Positions 37,276 to 44,996 of a DNA stretch of 64,000 nucleotides are shown piece by piece. Both the position numbers and the translations under genes were made by a program. The notes beneath the pieces were generated by a model, which was not told the origin of the DNA, ran no database searches, and saw only the letters and a list, made by a program, of their open reading frames with translations. Location of the stretch: the IMG/VR virus record IMGVR_UViG_3300037095_000059; one strand, 5' to 3'. The stretch is from a virus. How positions within the stretch are numbered: position 1 is the first letter of the stretch; the number at the start of each line of letters is the position of its first letter.

Positions 37276-37947
37276 TTAGTTTTGATTGCGGTACTGACGG
37301 AGTTTCTTGTACCAAATGGAGTTCTCTCCGCCGGACGGGGGTCCGAATTCGGCGAGAACCTGGGCTTCGGTCAAAATCTTCTTCTCGATGAAACGCAGAA
37401 GAATAGACCGCCAGCCTATATGAGAAGCTCTAAGCATAATATCGCGGGCCCGGTCGAACTCGTACTTCGAGAATTCGGGCATGACACCGAGAGTAGCATA
37501 CCCGGCGTAAGCGAAAGTGTTGCCGCCCCATTCGGGTTTGGCTGTGCCGGACGTGGCGTAGAGGGCTATGTCCCCAAGGATTCCGCCTTGCGTAATATAG
37601 AGGGCTGTGTACAGGTGATGGAGCTTCTGGAGGAATAACGAGCAGTCCATCGGGCGGCCTGTGCGGTCTTGGTGGAAGAACTCTTGATCTTCGTGTCTTT
37701 GGCGACGAGTTCCGGCAGAGTTATAGTTCATCTCCTGGAGACGGGCCGTGTGTTCTTTGAGGCTGAGCCGGGGTTGGGCGAGGCACCAAGAGCACTGGTA
37801 CTTGCGTCCGCCCTCGCAAGAGGAGTCTCGGTCGAAGAAATTCCAGGTCAGGAGACGGAAGCAAGAACTACACTCGCGGCCCCGGACCTCGTTATCTACC
37901 CCGGCTTCGTAGTTTATAACGTCGTAGTCGGATTGAATTAGTCCCAT
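37276..37947 (-). CDS. hypothetical protein
   Basis: ATG 37947 overlaps the GroES stop (TAATG). CSSCF...CSWC cysteine pairs. Confidence 0.45.
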   Translation of the reverse strand: MGLIQSDYDVINYEAGVDNEVRGRECSSCFRLLTWNFFDRDSSCEGGRKYQCSWCLAQPRLSLKEHTARLQEMNYNSAGTRRQRHEDQEFFHQDRTGRPMDCSLFLQKLHHLYTALYITQGGILGDIALYATSGTAKPEWGGNTFAYAGYATLGVMPEFSKYEFDRARDIMLRASHIGWRSILLRFIEKKILTEAQVLAEFGPPSGGENSIWYKKLRQYRNQN

Positions 37948-38228
37948 TAGAGAACCCCGAGTATTTCTTCCTCGCGGAGAATAAGCAAGTCCTCTCCGTC
38001 GATCTTGACCTCGGTTCCAGAATACTTTCCAAACAGAACCCGGTCCTTGACAGAAACATCGACGGGCCACAACTTTCCATCACTTCTCCAAACGCCTTTT
38101 CCTATTGCAAGAACTTCCCCTTCTAAAGGCTTTTCTTTGGCTACGTCTGGTATATAAAGTCCGCTCTGAGTCTTCTCTTCGACTTCGACGACTTTAACTA
38201 CTACTCGGTCGCGCAAGGGCTTAAACAT
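37947..38228 (-). CDS. groES: co-chaperonin GroES (Cpn10)
   Basis: [28 protein letters not shown]...[10 protein letters not shown]...[29 protein letters not shown] is a full-length Cpn10 pattern. GAGGAG RBS. Confidence 0.85.
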   Translation of the reverse strand: MFKPLRDRVVVKVVEVEEKTQSGLYIPDVAKEKPLEGEVLAIGKGVWRSDGKLWPVDVSVKDRVLFGKYSGTEVKIDGEDLLILREEEILGVL

Positions 38229-38257
38229 ACAAACTCCTCTGTCCATTTCTCGGGCGG

Positions 38258-38518
38258 TTAGTTGGGGAGCCAGAGCTTTGGCTCAGGTTCTTTGTTCGGG
38301 TCGGGGAAAGCCTCGTTCAGCTTGGCCTCAATTTCCTTGACCGTTGCTTCTGCGAGTTGGTTGTCCTCCGCAGAGTCGGCGTTGACAGCAATGTCTCGCT
38401 CAAGAGTAATCGAGCCGTCTTCACCTTTTACAACAAGGGCAAGGACGTGGCCTATGACCCCATCATAGTATTTGGTGTGGTCTATATCCGACGTTTCTAC
38501 ACCTATCGTGATTGCCAT
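38258..38518 (-). CDS. hypothetical protein
   Basis: 86-aa acidic ORF. Motif copy 38532 lies 13 nt upstream of the start. Confidence 0.45.
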   Translation of the reverse strand: MAITIGVETSDIDHTKYYDGVIGHVLALVVKGEDGSITLERDIAVNADSAEDNQLAEATVKEIEAKLNEAFPDPNKEPEPKLWLPN

Positions 38519-38531
38519 TTTACCTCACTTA

Positions 38532-38546
38532 GTCCATTAACCGGAC
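38532..38546. repeat. 15-bp motif copy, R: gtccattaaccggac
   Basis: Intergenic, upstream of 38258..38518. Confidence 0.9.
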
Positions 38547-38634
38547 AAACTTCTTGTCTTGGAAATACTAATGATTCCCAGATACGGAGGCCCAGCCGTT
38601 TGCCAGCGGGCTTCCGTATCGTGGGCGTGTGCCA

Positions 38635-39372
38635 TTAGATAGTCGAAAGCGTGAACTCCAGAGGAGTCACCTTGACCACAGCACCTGCAACGGTTGTGTA
38701 CGTCAGCGTTGCGAAGAAGTTCAACGCTGTGTAGGCAACTACCGAGGCTCCCGCTGTGTAAGCACGGGTGGCGTAGGTGGGTGTGGAGCCGTAAGCTGGG
38801 CCGTAGTGTACCCCGAAGTATTCACCACCCAGAATCTGCGTGGTAGAATCCCAGAAGAACGAAGCGCCTGCCAAGAAGTTGTAGGTTCCAGTCGCCGCTG
38901 TTGTGGTTCCGGCTACCGAGAAGAGAGCAGCCGAAGCGGAAACGAGGGCGGCGTTTCCACCTGTACCAGCAGCCAGCGCGGTTGCCATAGTAGCCGCAGA
39001 ACACTGATATACGTTGATAGTTGGGGCCACAGAGCAAGCACCAACCGACACCACATACCGGCCTTGAATCTCTAACGCGAGGGGGTGACCGTCGAAGCTG
39101 GACGAACTAAAGAATGGAGACGCCCCGCGATCCTCGCCGGTACGACCAAAGTTGTTCTTCAGCGCCGCCGCGTTCCGGTTAATGTCAAGCGGAGTTTTGG
39201 TTCCGATTACCGAAGTCTGAAGAGGGACGCTGGCAAAGTACGGAAGGTTAGTTCCGGAGTCGGTCTGAACCTGGAACAGACCAGTAGAGGCCGAACCTGA
39301 AGTTGCTGTCACGGTTGCGAAAGTGTTGCGTGTTGTGCCGAATCCGGCAGAAGAGAAGGAATCAGAGTTCAT
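38635..39372 (-). CDS. structural protein, paralog of 56960..57592
   Basis: Shared strings FDGHPLALEI/FDGHLFEVV, FFWDSTTQIL/FLWDSLTKIL and LNFF/LNFI. T/A/G-rich. Confidence 0.5.
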   Translation of the reverse strand: MNSDSFSSAGFGTTRNTFATVTATSGSASTGLFQVQTDSGTNLPYFASVPLQTSVIGTKTPLDINRNAAALKNNFGRTGEDRGASPFFSSSSFDGHPLALEIQGRYVVSVGACSVAPTINVYQCSAATMATALAAGTGGNAALVSASAALFSVAGTTTAATGTYNFLAGASFFWDSTTQILGGEYFGVHYGPAYGSTPTYATRAYTAGASVVAYTALNFFATLTYTTVAGAVVKVTPLEFTLSTI

Positions 39373-39438
39373 TTTGTGTCCTTTGTTGGTTGGTTGCCTT
39401 GTTCGGCTGTTGAGGTCATTTCGGCCATAAGCCCGAAA

Positions 39439-40074
39439 TTATGTTATTGTCTCCGCGTGGGAACCCGGAGCCTTCAGGGGTTTGAAGATAGCCTCGGCGT
39501 CGAGCTTGGACCCGTTGAAGAAAATTGCAACCGCTCCGCCAGGCTCCACTAGAAGGGCGGTATGCTTCCCTTTTAGTAGCGTTCCTATTTCATGGATGAT
39601 TGACGAGTGCGCAACAATTAACGGGGGAACCCCGCACTTAGAAAACAACTCTACTGCTTCTTGCAGGCACGGGCCAATTCTTTGCTTGAAATCGTTCAGA
39701 GATTCTCCGCCCGGAATAGGGGTATCGGGGTCATCCAAGTATGTTTGAAGGTTGGCTTCGGACTCGGGAGTGCGCTTCTGACCCGAAAATTCTCCTACGT
39801 CGAGGGCCTGCAAAGCCGCAGATGTGTGTACTTGGGCGTGCTCGACTTCGGCTATGATGTCGGCTGTCTGAGTTGCTCTTTGTTTATCGGAGCAAAAGAT
39901 GTGGGAGATTTCTATTGGCGCAAAAAGCTCGGCCAGTTCCCGCGCCTCTTTTACGCCCACCGAATCGAGGGGAGGGTTTGCTTGCCCTCGGAACGAATTT
40001 GAGGCGTTCAAGGCTGTTCTGCCATGTCTGGCAACGAAGCAGACCGCAGTTCCTTTAGGGATTTTCAGTGGCAT
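39439..40074 (-). CDS. histidine phosphatase (phosphoglycerate-mutase-like) family protein
   Basis: Catalytic RHGRTALN motif near the N-terminus. ...SDKQRATQTA... and IVAHSSIIH. Confidence 0.7.
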   Translation of the reverse strand: MPLKIPKGTAVCFVARHGRTALNASNSFRGQANPPLDSVGVKEARELAELFAPIEISHIFCSDKQRATQTADIIAEVEHAQVHTSAALQALDVGEFSGQKRTPESEANLQTYLDDPDTPIPGGESLNDFKQRIGPCLQEAVELFSKCGVPPLIVAHSSIIHEIGTLLKGKHTALLVEPGGAVAIFFNGSKLDAEAIFKPLKAPGSHAETIT

Positions 40075-40365
40075 TCGGTTCTCCGAATAAGTTTTTGGTG
40101 GTAAACCCGGCCACCATCGGCCCGGGGCCCGGCTCGGGCGCAGGATAATCAAACTGAAGTTCTCCCATTTCGGCTTCTAGTTCCCGGACAAACTCTCTCA
40201 GGTCTTCGTGTTCGGCGTAGGGGGATTTTCTTGCGAGAAGCAGTTCGACCGCGAACTTCCGGTAGTCGTGGGGGGCACTGTCGTTACGGGCCACATCCCG
40301 GAGGATCGAATCAGTAAGATGTTGCAGGTGGGAGTAGTGGTCGTCGAGCGGGTCTGCTAGGATCA
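40055..40365 (-). CDS. hypothetical protein
   Basis: ATG 40365 (MILADPLDD...). The longer ORF-track version lacks support. Confidence 0.4.
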
Positions 40366-40593
40366 TAGGTTTCCTTGGTCTTGGGTAACGGACGAGAAAT
40401 AATGTAAAAAGTGCGGGCCGATGAACTCTCGGTTTTGGACCGACGTTGCCCGGTTCGGCTTCTGAGCGGACAAGCAGGGAGATCGTCCGTTGCTTAACCA
40501 ACTCGTCGTCCTTACCTGCCGGAACAATCTTGCCTCCGCTCTAGGGCTAGTAGAGAAGCGGTTTGACCCCTGCTGAACAAAGGCCCGCTGGAA

Positions 40594-40608
40594 GTCCATT
40601 AACTGGAC
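40594..40608. repeat. 15-bp motif copy, R: gtccattaactggac
   Basis: In the 336-nt intergenic region, next to the GC hairpin. Confidence 0.9.
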
Positions 40609-40623
40609 TAAACTTGAAGGAGC

Positions 40624-40655
40624 GGGGGTCGGAGAAAGGAGAGAAGCCGACCCCC
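40624..40655 (-). terminator. strong GC hairpin in the 336-nt intergenic region (terminator candidate)
   Basis: GGGGGTCGG...CCGACCCCC 9-bp stem downstream of the KTSC gene. The trailing tract is only weakly U-rich. Confidence 0.4.
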
Positions 40656-40701
40656 GGGACCGCCGCGAAAAGGAGGAGTATGCGCGACGGTCGATCTTGA
40701 T

Positions 40702-40923
40702 TTAACTTACTCTAGTAATTTCGTGCCCACCCTTTACAAAGACCTGGTGGAAGAATTTTCCGTGGCTGTCCGCTTCTCCAAACGCTATGGCCTTGTCTTG
40801 ATCGACATTCTGGACAGCGAAGGTTCCGTCGTTGAGCTTGACGGTCAAGCGTTGGGCTCTCGGGTCGTACCGGGCCTCATGTACGTTCGTGCTCGGCTTC
40901 AAGCGCATGGGGATGTCGGCCAT
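40702..40923 (-). CDS. KTSC-domain protein
   Basis: STNVHEARYDPRAQRLTVKLNDGTFAVQNVDQDKAIAFGEADSHGKFF follows the KTSC pattern (Y-d..L.v.f..G..y.y..v....f..a.S.G.yf). Confidence 0.55.
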   Translation of the reverse strand: MADIPMRLKPSTNVHEARYDPRAQRLTVKLNDGTFAVQNVDQDKAIAFGEADSHGKFFHQVFVKGGHEITRVS

Positions 40924-41048
40924 TACTTCTCTGCCTTCTTGTCCACTTTTCGGGCAACGAGTCGTCCATCAGGAAGTCGTAAAGCAATACCCACGTGTTT
41001 GGGAAGGGGCCGGAAATCGGGAAGAAATAGAACGTAGTGCTCGTCCAT
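40923..41048 (-). CDS. small hypothetical protein (41 aa)
   Basis: ATGGAC start at a TAATGGAC junction. Weak call. Confidence 0.25.
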   Translation of the reverse strand: MDEHYVLFLPDFRPLPKHVGIALRLPDGRLVARKVDKKAEK

Positions 41049-41140
41049 TAGTTGGGCTCCTTTATGTTGGCCCCAAAGGCCAGGTAGGTCAGAAACCCGA
41101 AGCAAGCCGCCAACCCGAGTATGGTTAGGAAGAGGAGCAT
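41048..41140 (-). CDS. small membrane protein (30 aa)
   Basis: MLLFLTILGLAACFGFLTYLAFG. Weak call. Confidence 0.25.
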   Translation of the reverse strand: MLLFLTILGLAACFGFLTYLAFGANIKEPN

Positions 41141-41225
41141 TACTTTTTCTTCGGCTTCTTCTTGGTCTTCGGTCTGGGTTTGGTTCCGTAGTAGACAGCG
41201 GTCGTGCTGGGAAGTGCGGCGGACG

Positions 41226-41393
41226 TTACTGCTGAGGCGGGGCTGGCGGGCATGTGGGCTCCAAAAGTTTTTCTGCTTCTTCGAGATATTCTTCGCACTG
41301 AGAACAAGTACAACCGCAATCTTCGTCGAGCCAAAGGTGGACAAGGAACCGAAATCTCTCGCAGGCTGACTTGTATTTTTCTAGGTCGGTCAT
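41226..41393 (-). CDS. small Cys-rich protein (55 aa)
   Basis: ATG 41393 overlaps the GIY-YIG stop (ATGA). DEDCGCTCSQCEE. Confidence 0.35.
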   Translation of the reverse strand: MTDLEKYKSACERFRFLVHLWLDEDCGCTCSQCEEYLEEAEKLLEPTCPPAPPQQ

Positions 41394-42196
41394 GGGGTCT
41401 CCACGTTCTTGACTCGAATTTCTTGTTCGGGGCCGAAGCCTACGCGGTTTGATAGCTGGTAGCCCAAAGCGACCGGGGGTTGCTGGAAGGAATCGAGAGG
41501 GAAAGTTGCTCTTCGGCGATCCCAAGCTCTCTCCATACTGGCTTTAATCTTAGCCTTGGTCTCTTCCGTCTGTTTTGTTCCCAGTTTGTGGTTTCCGGTG
41601 TGGTTCTTGGCGATGTTCGCTCGTCCTTCGGGAGTATGATGCTTTCCCGTATTAGCGGCGGACATGCGGGCCGCGTACTCGGGGTCTTTCCATCTTTCTT
41701 TGCATTTGTCCCCGATTAACTTCTTAATTTCATCCGTGTGGGGTTGACCCAGGTCGTGGCGACCAAACATCGGGTTGCGCTCCCCGACTAAAAGACCTTT
41801 ACGGGATTCTGAAGCTCGCTTCTTGTTCTCGGGGTTCTGCCACCACTCTTTGCTCTTCTTTGAAATCTTAACTTTGTTCTCTGGGAGGTGTCTACCAGCC
41901 CGACCACCCAACATTCTGTTATATCCAACAGAGGGGTCGGTGGCATTAAAATGAGCGATGTAGAAGGTTTCGAGTTCGTTGCCCTCTTCTCGACTGGGCG
42001 CCTCGTCTATTTTCTCAATAACGAAGGAGTCTTTTCCGTGGTCTCGAATTGCTTGGTGAAAATCTTGTGGGGCCTTCTTAACGAGGGCGTCGTACAAATG
42101 ACGACTCCAACGCCTCCGCAGAATCTGTACCGTCTGCCCGACGTAGATAATACCGTTAGTCGAGTCTGTGACTTTGTAAATGCTTACTGTTTCCAT
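41390..42196 (-). CDS. free-standing GIY-YIG homing endonuclease with NUMOD3-like repeats
   Basis: SIYKVTD..GIIYVGQT...RRWSRH...FYIAHFN GIY-YIG core. Repeated G(K/R)H.PE..(K/A).I.K motifs. Own promoter-like element. Confidence 0.8.
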   Translation of the reverse strand: METVSIYKVTDSTNGIIYVGQTVQILRRRWSRHLYDALVKKAPQDFHQAIRDHGKDSFVIEKIDEAPSREEGNELETFYIAHFNATDPSVGYNRMLGGRAGRHLPENKVKISKKSKEWWQNPENKKRASESRKGLLVGERNPMFGRHDLGQPHTDEIKKLIGDKCKERWKDPEYAARMSAANTGKHHTPEGRANIAKNHTGNHKLGTKQTEETKAKIKASMERAWDRRRATFPLDSFQQPPVALGYQLSNRVGFGPEQEIRVKNVETP

Positions 42197-42273
42197 TTTG
42201 TCCTCATCTTGCCATGAGGGTTTGGGGCCGAGGGCAAGCTCGACCCCTTACCGTCTGATTCGAATCTACTTGT

Positions 42274-42301
42274 ATTATACCACACTTTCATGCTTCTGCA
42301 A
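42274..42301 (-). promoter_or_regulatory. sigma70-like promoter candidate for the GIY-YIG gene
   Basis: Minus-sense TTGCAG-16 nt-TATAAT with an extended -10 TG (GTGTGGTATAAT). Confidence 0.4.
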
Positions 42302-42359
42302 CAAGTATTTTCGAACTATTTTCGTCCTAGCTGGACGATGTCTGCGCCTGAATACGCTG

Positions 42360-42581
42360 TCTGTTACCCGTTTAGAATCAACGGACTGACTCATTTCTGG
42401 TCAGTTCATACGGTTTTCTTTCCCGTATGGTCGGACTATTGCATGTCCTTTCGGACCCACTTCGCTTAGTCTCTCAGCCTGCTTTCGCTTGGCCCTCCTT
42501 GGCATTTCAGCGTCGGAGTCAATCAGAAGGGGTTTATCCTGCGCCGTTGTGTTAACGCAGTGTCATTGTAGAACCCGGCGG
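42360..42581 (-). ncRNA. group-I-intron-like ribozyme core A (ORF-less); boundaries approximate
   Basis: Homologous to core B. Elements: CUGCG..CGCAG hairpin, GCUGAAAUGC, GAGAGACUAAGCGA (P7/J7-3-like), GUCC-GAAA-GGAC P8, CAUACGG..CCGUAUG P9, terminal GUAACAGAC. Confidence 0.55.
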
Positions 42582-42836
42582 CTCTGTTACCTCGTCCAGG
42601 TAATGGACGCGGGCAAGTCGTTTCTGTTCCGCTTGCCTCATACGGTTCGTTTCCCGTATGCCCAGACTGTTGCATACCCTTTCGGGTCTTCTTCGCTCAG
42701 TCGTTCACGGTCTCTTTCGAGTTCCGCCTCGTTGGCATTTCAGCGTTCGAGTCAATCAGAAGAAGTTTTACCTGCGCCGATGTTTTAACGCAGTGTGTTG
42801 GTGTAGCGAACGTTGTAGCTCACCCACGGAGACTAC
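42582..42836 (-). ncRNA. group-I-intron-like ribozyme core B (ORF-less); boundaries approximate
   Basis: Starts right at the capsid exon-3 stop. Elements: CUUCUUCUG/CGAAGAAG P3, CUC-GAAA-GAG, ACCC-GAAA-GGGU P8, CAUACGG..CCGUAUG P9, motif hairpin 42594, terminal GUAACAGAG. Confidence 0.55.
42594..42608. repeat. 15-bp motif copy, F: gtccaggtaatggac
   Basis: Hairpin near the 3' end of group-I-like core B. Confidence 0.9.
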
Positions 42837-43021
42837 TTACATCAACTTTGTTGTCGGAGGCTGGGTTTGGTCACCACCGATTTGCCGAGCGGGGTCAGAA
42901 CTGGAACCCTGCTCAGGTGCGCTCTGGATAAACAGCTTGTAGTTCTTGCTGTTATCATTCGGGTTTTTGCCCAGGAAAACGCTGAAGATCGCGTCTTCAC
43001 CGAAAATATAAGTGTTATAAA
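42837..43021 (-). CDS. major capsid protein, exon 3 (to the first in-frame stop)
   Basis: (F)YNTYIFGEDAIFSVFLGKNPNDNSKNYKLFIQSAPEQGSSSDPARQIGG... is in frame with exon 2 once the 225-nt intron is removed. Confidence 0.6.
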
Positions 43022-43246
43022 CTCTCTGTTAACTGCTGTGTTATCAGCAAGATACGTCATTTCTGCGTATCTCTCATACTTCATTTCGTATGAGAACGGA
43101 CTATCGCATCGTCCATTACCTGGACGCCCCATCGTTTAGTCTCTCACGGTCCCTTTCGGGTTCCGCCTTGTTGGCTTCTCAGCTTCCAAGTCGATTAGAC
43201 GGGGTTCTCATTCGAGGGTTTCACCTCGATGACGCCTACATTATTG
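43022..43246 (-). mobile_element. group I intron 2 in the capsid gene (225 nt, ORF-less)
   Basis: P1 ACGU|C pairs with GGCGU (U.G at the splice site). P2 CAUCGAGG/CCUCGAAUG. P3 CCCCGUC/GAUGGGG. GCU-GAGA-AGC, CCC-GAAA-GGG, GAGAGACUAAA. P8 is motif copy 43111. P9 CUCAUAC/GUAUGAG. Ends in G. Confidence 0.7.
43111..43125. repeat. 15-bp motif copy, R: gtccattacctggac
   Basis: Forms the P8 hairpin of capsid intron 2. Confidence 0.9.
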
Positions 43247-43825
43247 ACGTGTTGCCACTTATAGTCACGGTCGGAGCAGTTGTGGTTTGTTTGAACGTTA
43301 CGCCAGCGAACGAGATAACATCCTCGTTCTTCGGCAGTTCAAACAGCATGGAACGCATGGAGTCGTCGCGCTTGATGATGTCGGACAATCCGTTGAAGGA
43401 CGTGTCGTTCAGGATGTCGCGGACCACTGACGGGTGAATGATTCCGCCAAATTTGTTGTCCACGAGCGGACGTGCGTTCACGGCTACCAGGGACTGAGCG
43501 GCGGAACGAACGTTGTTGGCCGTCAGGTAGGAACCGTTTGCGAGTTGAATGTTGACCAGGTTGTCAATCGCAACAGCCGAGTCAGCGGTAAGCTGGACAA
43601 GGGTGTTGAGGGTGAGGGCCAAGCGGTAGTTCAACTCATTTGCGAGATTCTGGAGTAGACCGGGGTCGTCGATTGCGACATCAAGTGCGAGGTCGCTAGA
43701 ATTTATAAAATCGGCGTATTGCCCAATTGTGGCCAAAATCTTGTTGCTGGATTCAGAGATCGGACTTCCGACAGTGCCTTCTGCGGACTGGTTCAGGTTA
43801 GCGGAAAGCAGTGCGTAGGTGTAGA
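43247..43825 (-). CDS. major capsid protein, exon 2
   Basis: (F)YTYALLSANLNQSAEGTVGSP...ATIGQYADFINSSDLALD...GGIIHPSVVRDIL... is an HK97-fold capsid-like pattern. Open upstream of the ORF-track start. Confidence 0.7.
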
Positions 43826-43835
43826 CTTTATGTGT

Positions 43836-44723
43836 TTAGGCCGTCAGCATCTCTGCTGGGGCGCTCTCGTCGTCGCCGACGAGAACAGGCTGTGTCTTCG
43901 GATTATTGAGAAAACGAATTGCATCGCACAACTTCTTACGAAGCTCCCTATTTGGAGTTCTTGGAAGACGGACAAGCTCTAGAGCTATCTTGGCTTGCGG
44001 CCTCTTTGTTCTCAGGTAGGGTAGCACTTGGAGTAGAAAACTTTTGCGGTTCTCTTTTCCGGTGAGTTCCCAAGTGTAGAACTCTCTGGTGTTTCCTTTG
44101 GCTTCTTGCGTGTGAAACCACCCGCCGTACAACCGCAGAAACAACTGGATAAGAGGGGCATAATTGTTGCCCATTCTAATTCGTAGCATCGGTTTACCGT
44201 CAGGAGTAAAAGCTGCTGATATGCAACCTTCGCCGTCCATGATTCCGGCCACGTATGCGTGCGTTAGTTTGTCTTCAACAAACCCGTCTAGCGTGTCAGT
44301 CGTTACGCATTCCCTGTTTTTCATCCCCCGGATTTTGTCCATCAACTCTTTGCGTTTCGATGGGTTCTGCTGATCGCCGAGGTCGTAGAACTCCTGAAGT
44401 ACCAGAGCCTCTTCCTTTTTGATTCGCAGATACGGAAGGATATAAGAGAGAAATTGTGGGGCGGCATTCCTGCCGTTGATGTTCCACTGATACCAAACTT
44501 GGCCGCGTGCTGGCGTGTGCTTGGTGTAGAAGCCCCCAAAAGTTTCGACTAGCCCCTTTACCAGGGACAGTTCAACGCTGCTCATAACGATTCTAGGTTG
44601 GTAAGGAGTTGCTTTTCCGCCTTCTTTTACAGTCGGCTTGTATATCGAAAAGCACCCTTCCGCGTCCATCAAACCAGCGGCGTAGGCTTTTGTTCTTTCT
44701 CTCATAGGGTCTTTGCTCGGCAT
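43836..44723 (-). CDS. double-motif LAGLIDADG homing endonuclease (intron-encoded)
   Basis: Two LAGLIDADG motifs, YAAGLMDAEGCFSI and YVAGIMDGEGCISA. GGAG RBS before ATG 44723. Confidence 0.85.
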   Translation of the reverse strand: MPSKDPMRERTKAYAAGLMDAEGCFSIYKPTVKEGGKATPYQPRIVMSSVELSLVKGLVETFGGFYTKHTPARGQVWYQWNINGRNAAPQFLSYILPYLRIKKEEALVLQEFYDLGDQQNPSKRKELMDKIRGMKNRECVTTDTLDGFVEDKLTHAYVAGIMDGEGCISAAFTPDGKPMLRIRMGNNYAPLIQLFLRLYGGWFHTQEAKGNTREFYTWELTGKENRKSFLLQVLPYLRTKRPQAKIALELVRLPRTPNRELRKKLCDAIRFLNNPKTQPVLVGDDESAPAEMLTA

Positions 44724-44737
44724 TGTCTGCTCCAATT

Positions 44738-44769
44738 ATTATACTACCACACCGATAGTATTTTGTCAA
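44738..44769 (-). promoter_or_regulatory. sigma70-like promoter candidate inside intron 1, upstream of the LAGLIDADG ORF
   Basis: Minus-sense TTGACA-17 nt-TAGTAT (or 20 nt to TATAAT). Shares GTGTGGTA..TATAAT with the GIY-YIG promoter candidate. Confidence 0.4.
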
Positions 44770-44815
44770 GCAGATTTTCACCGATTTAGCTAGATTTTAA
44801 TTCAGCACCATAGAT

Positions 44816-44978
44816 ACTGAATCTGGTTGCCTTGGCGCAACGGCAGCGGACGCTGCTTGGTCATGCTAAGGAATGGAGTGTTTGCCTTCAGGTTAGGAAT
44901 TGCTTCCCGCTCGTAGTGAATTGCTACCAAGTTGGGGAGAGCGCCCGAGGTGACTATACTGGCTGGTGAATAACTCAT
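44816..44978 (-). CDS. major capsid protein, exon 1
   Basis: AAAGGAG RBS, then MSYSPASIVTSGALPNLVAIHYEREAIPNLKANTPFLSMTKQRPLPLRQGNQIQ. The unspliced frame stops 4 codons later. Confidence 0.7.
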
Positions 44979-44996
44979 TTGAGTTACTCCTTTGTG

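Larger units (their letters stand above)
43826..44815 (-). mobile_element. group I intron 1 in the capsid gene (990 nt) carrying a LAGLIDADG endonuclease ORF
   Basis: Exon end AUUCAGU pairs with intron GCUGAAU (44800-44806), giving 6 Watson-Crick pairs plus a terminal U.G. The intron ends in G. Removal restores the frame, GNQIQ-F-YTYALL. Confidence 0.7.

Noticed and set aside
40363-40599. ORF 40363..40599 (78 aa), starting at the ATGGAC of a motif copy.
   Set aside because: It has no RBS and an R/S/Q-rich, non-protein-like composition. It spans the long intergenic gap and is more likely non-coding.
42837-42839. The capsid protein could simply end at TAA 42837, with cores A and B irrelevant.
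   Set aside because: I did not fully reject this. A 308-aa spliced product is plausible and remains the annotated model. However, two conserved ribozyme-like cores directly abutting the stop argue against ignoring them, so the region is reported as a finding with the alternatives stated.
43826-44815. The LAGLIDADG insert in the capsid gene could be an intein.
   Set aside because: The capsid frame hits a stop 4 codons into the insert. The endonuclease ORF is in a different context with its own RBS and promoter-like element. There are no intein N- or C-terminal splicing blocks, and a canonical group I P1 (U.G) and terminal G are present.
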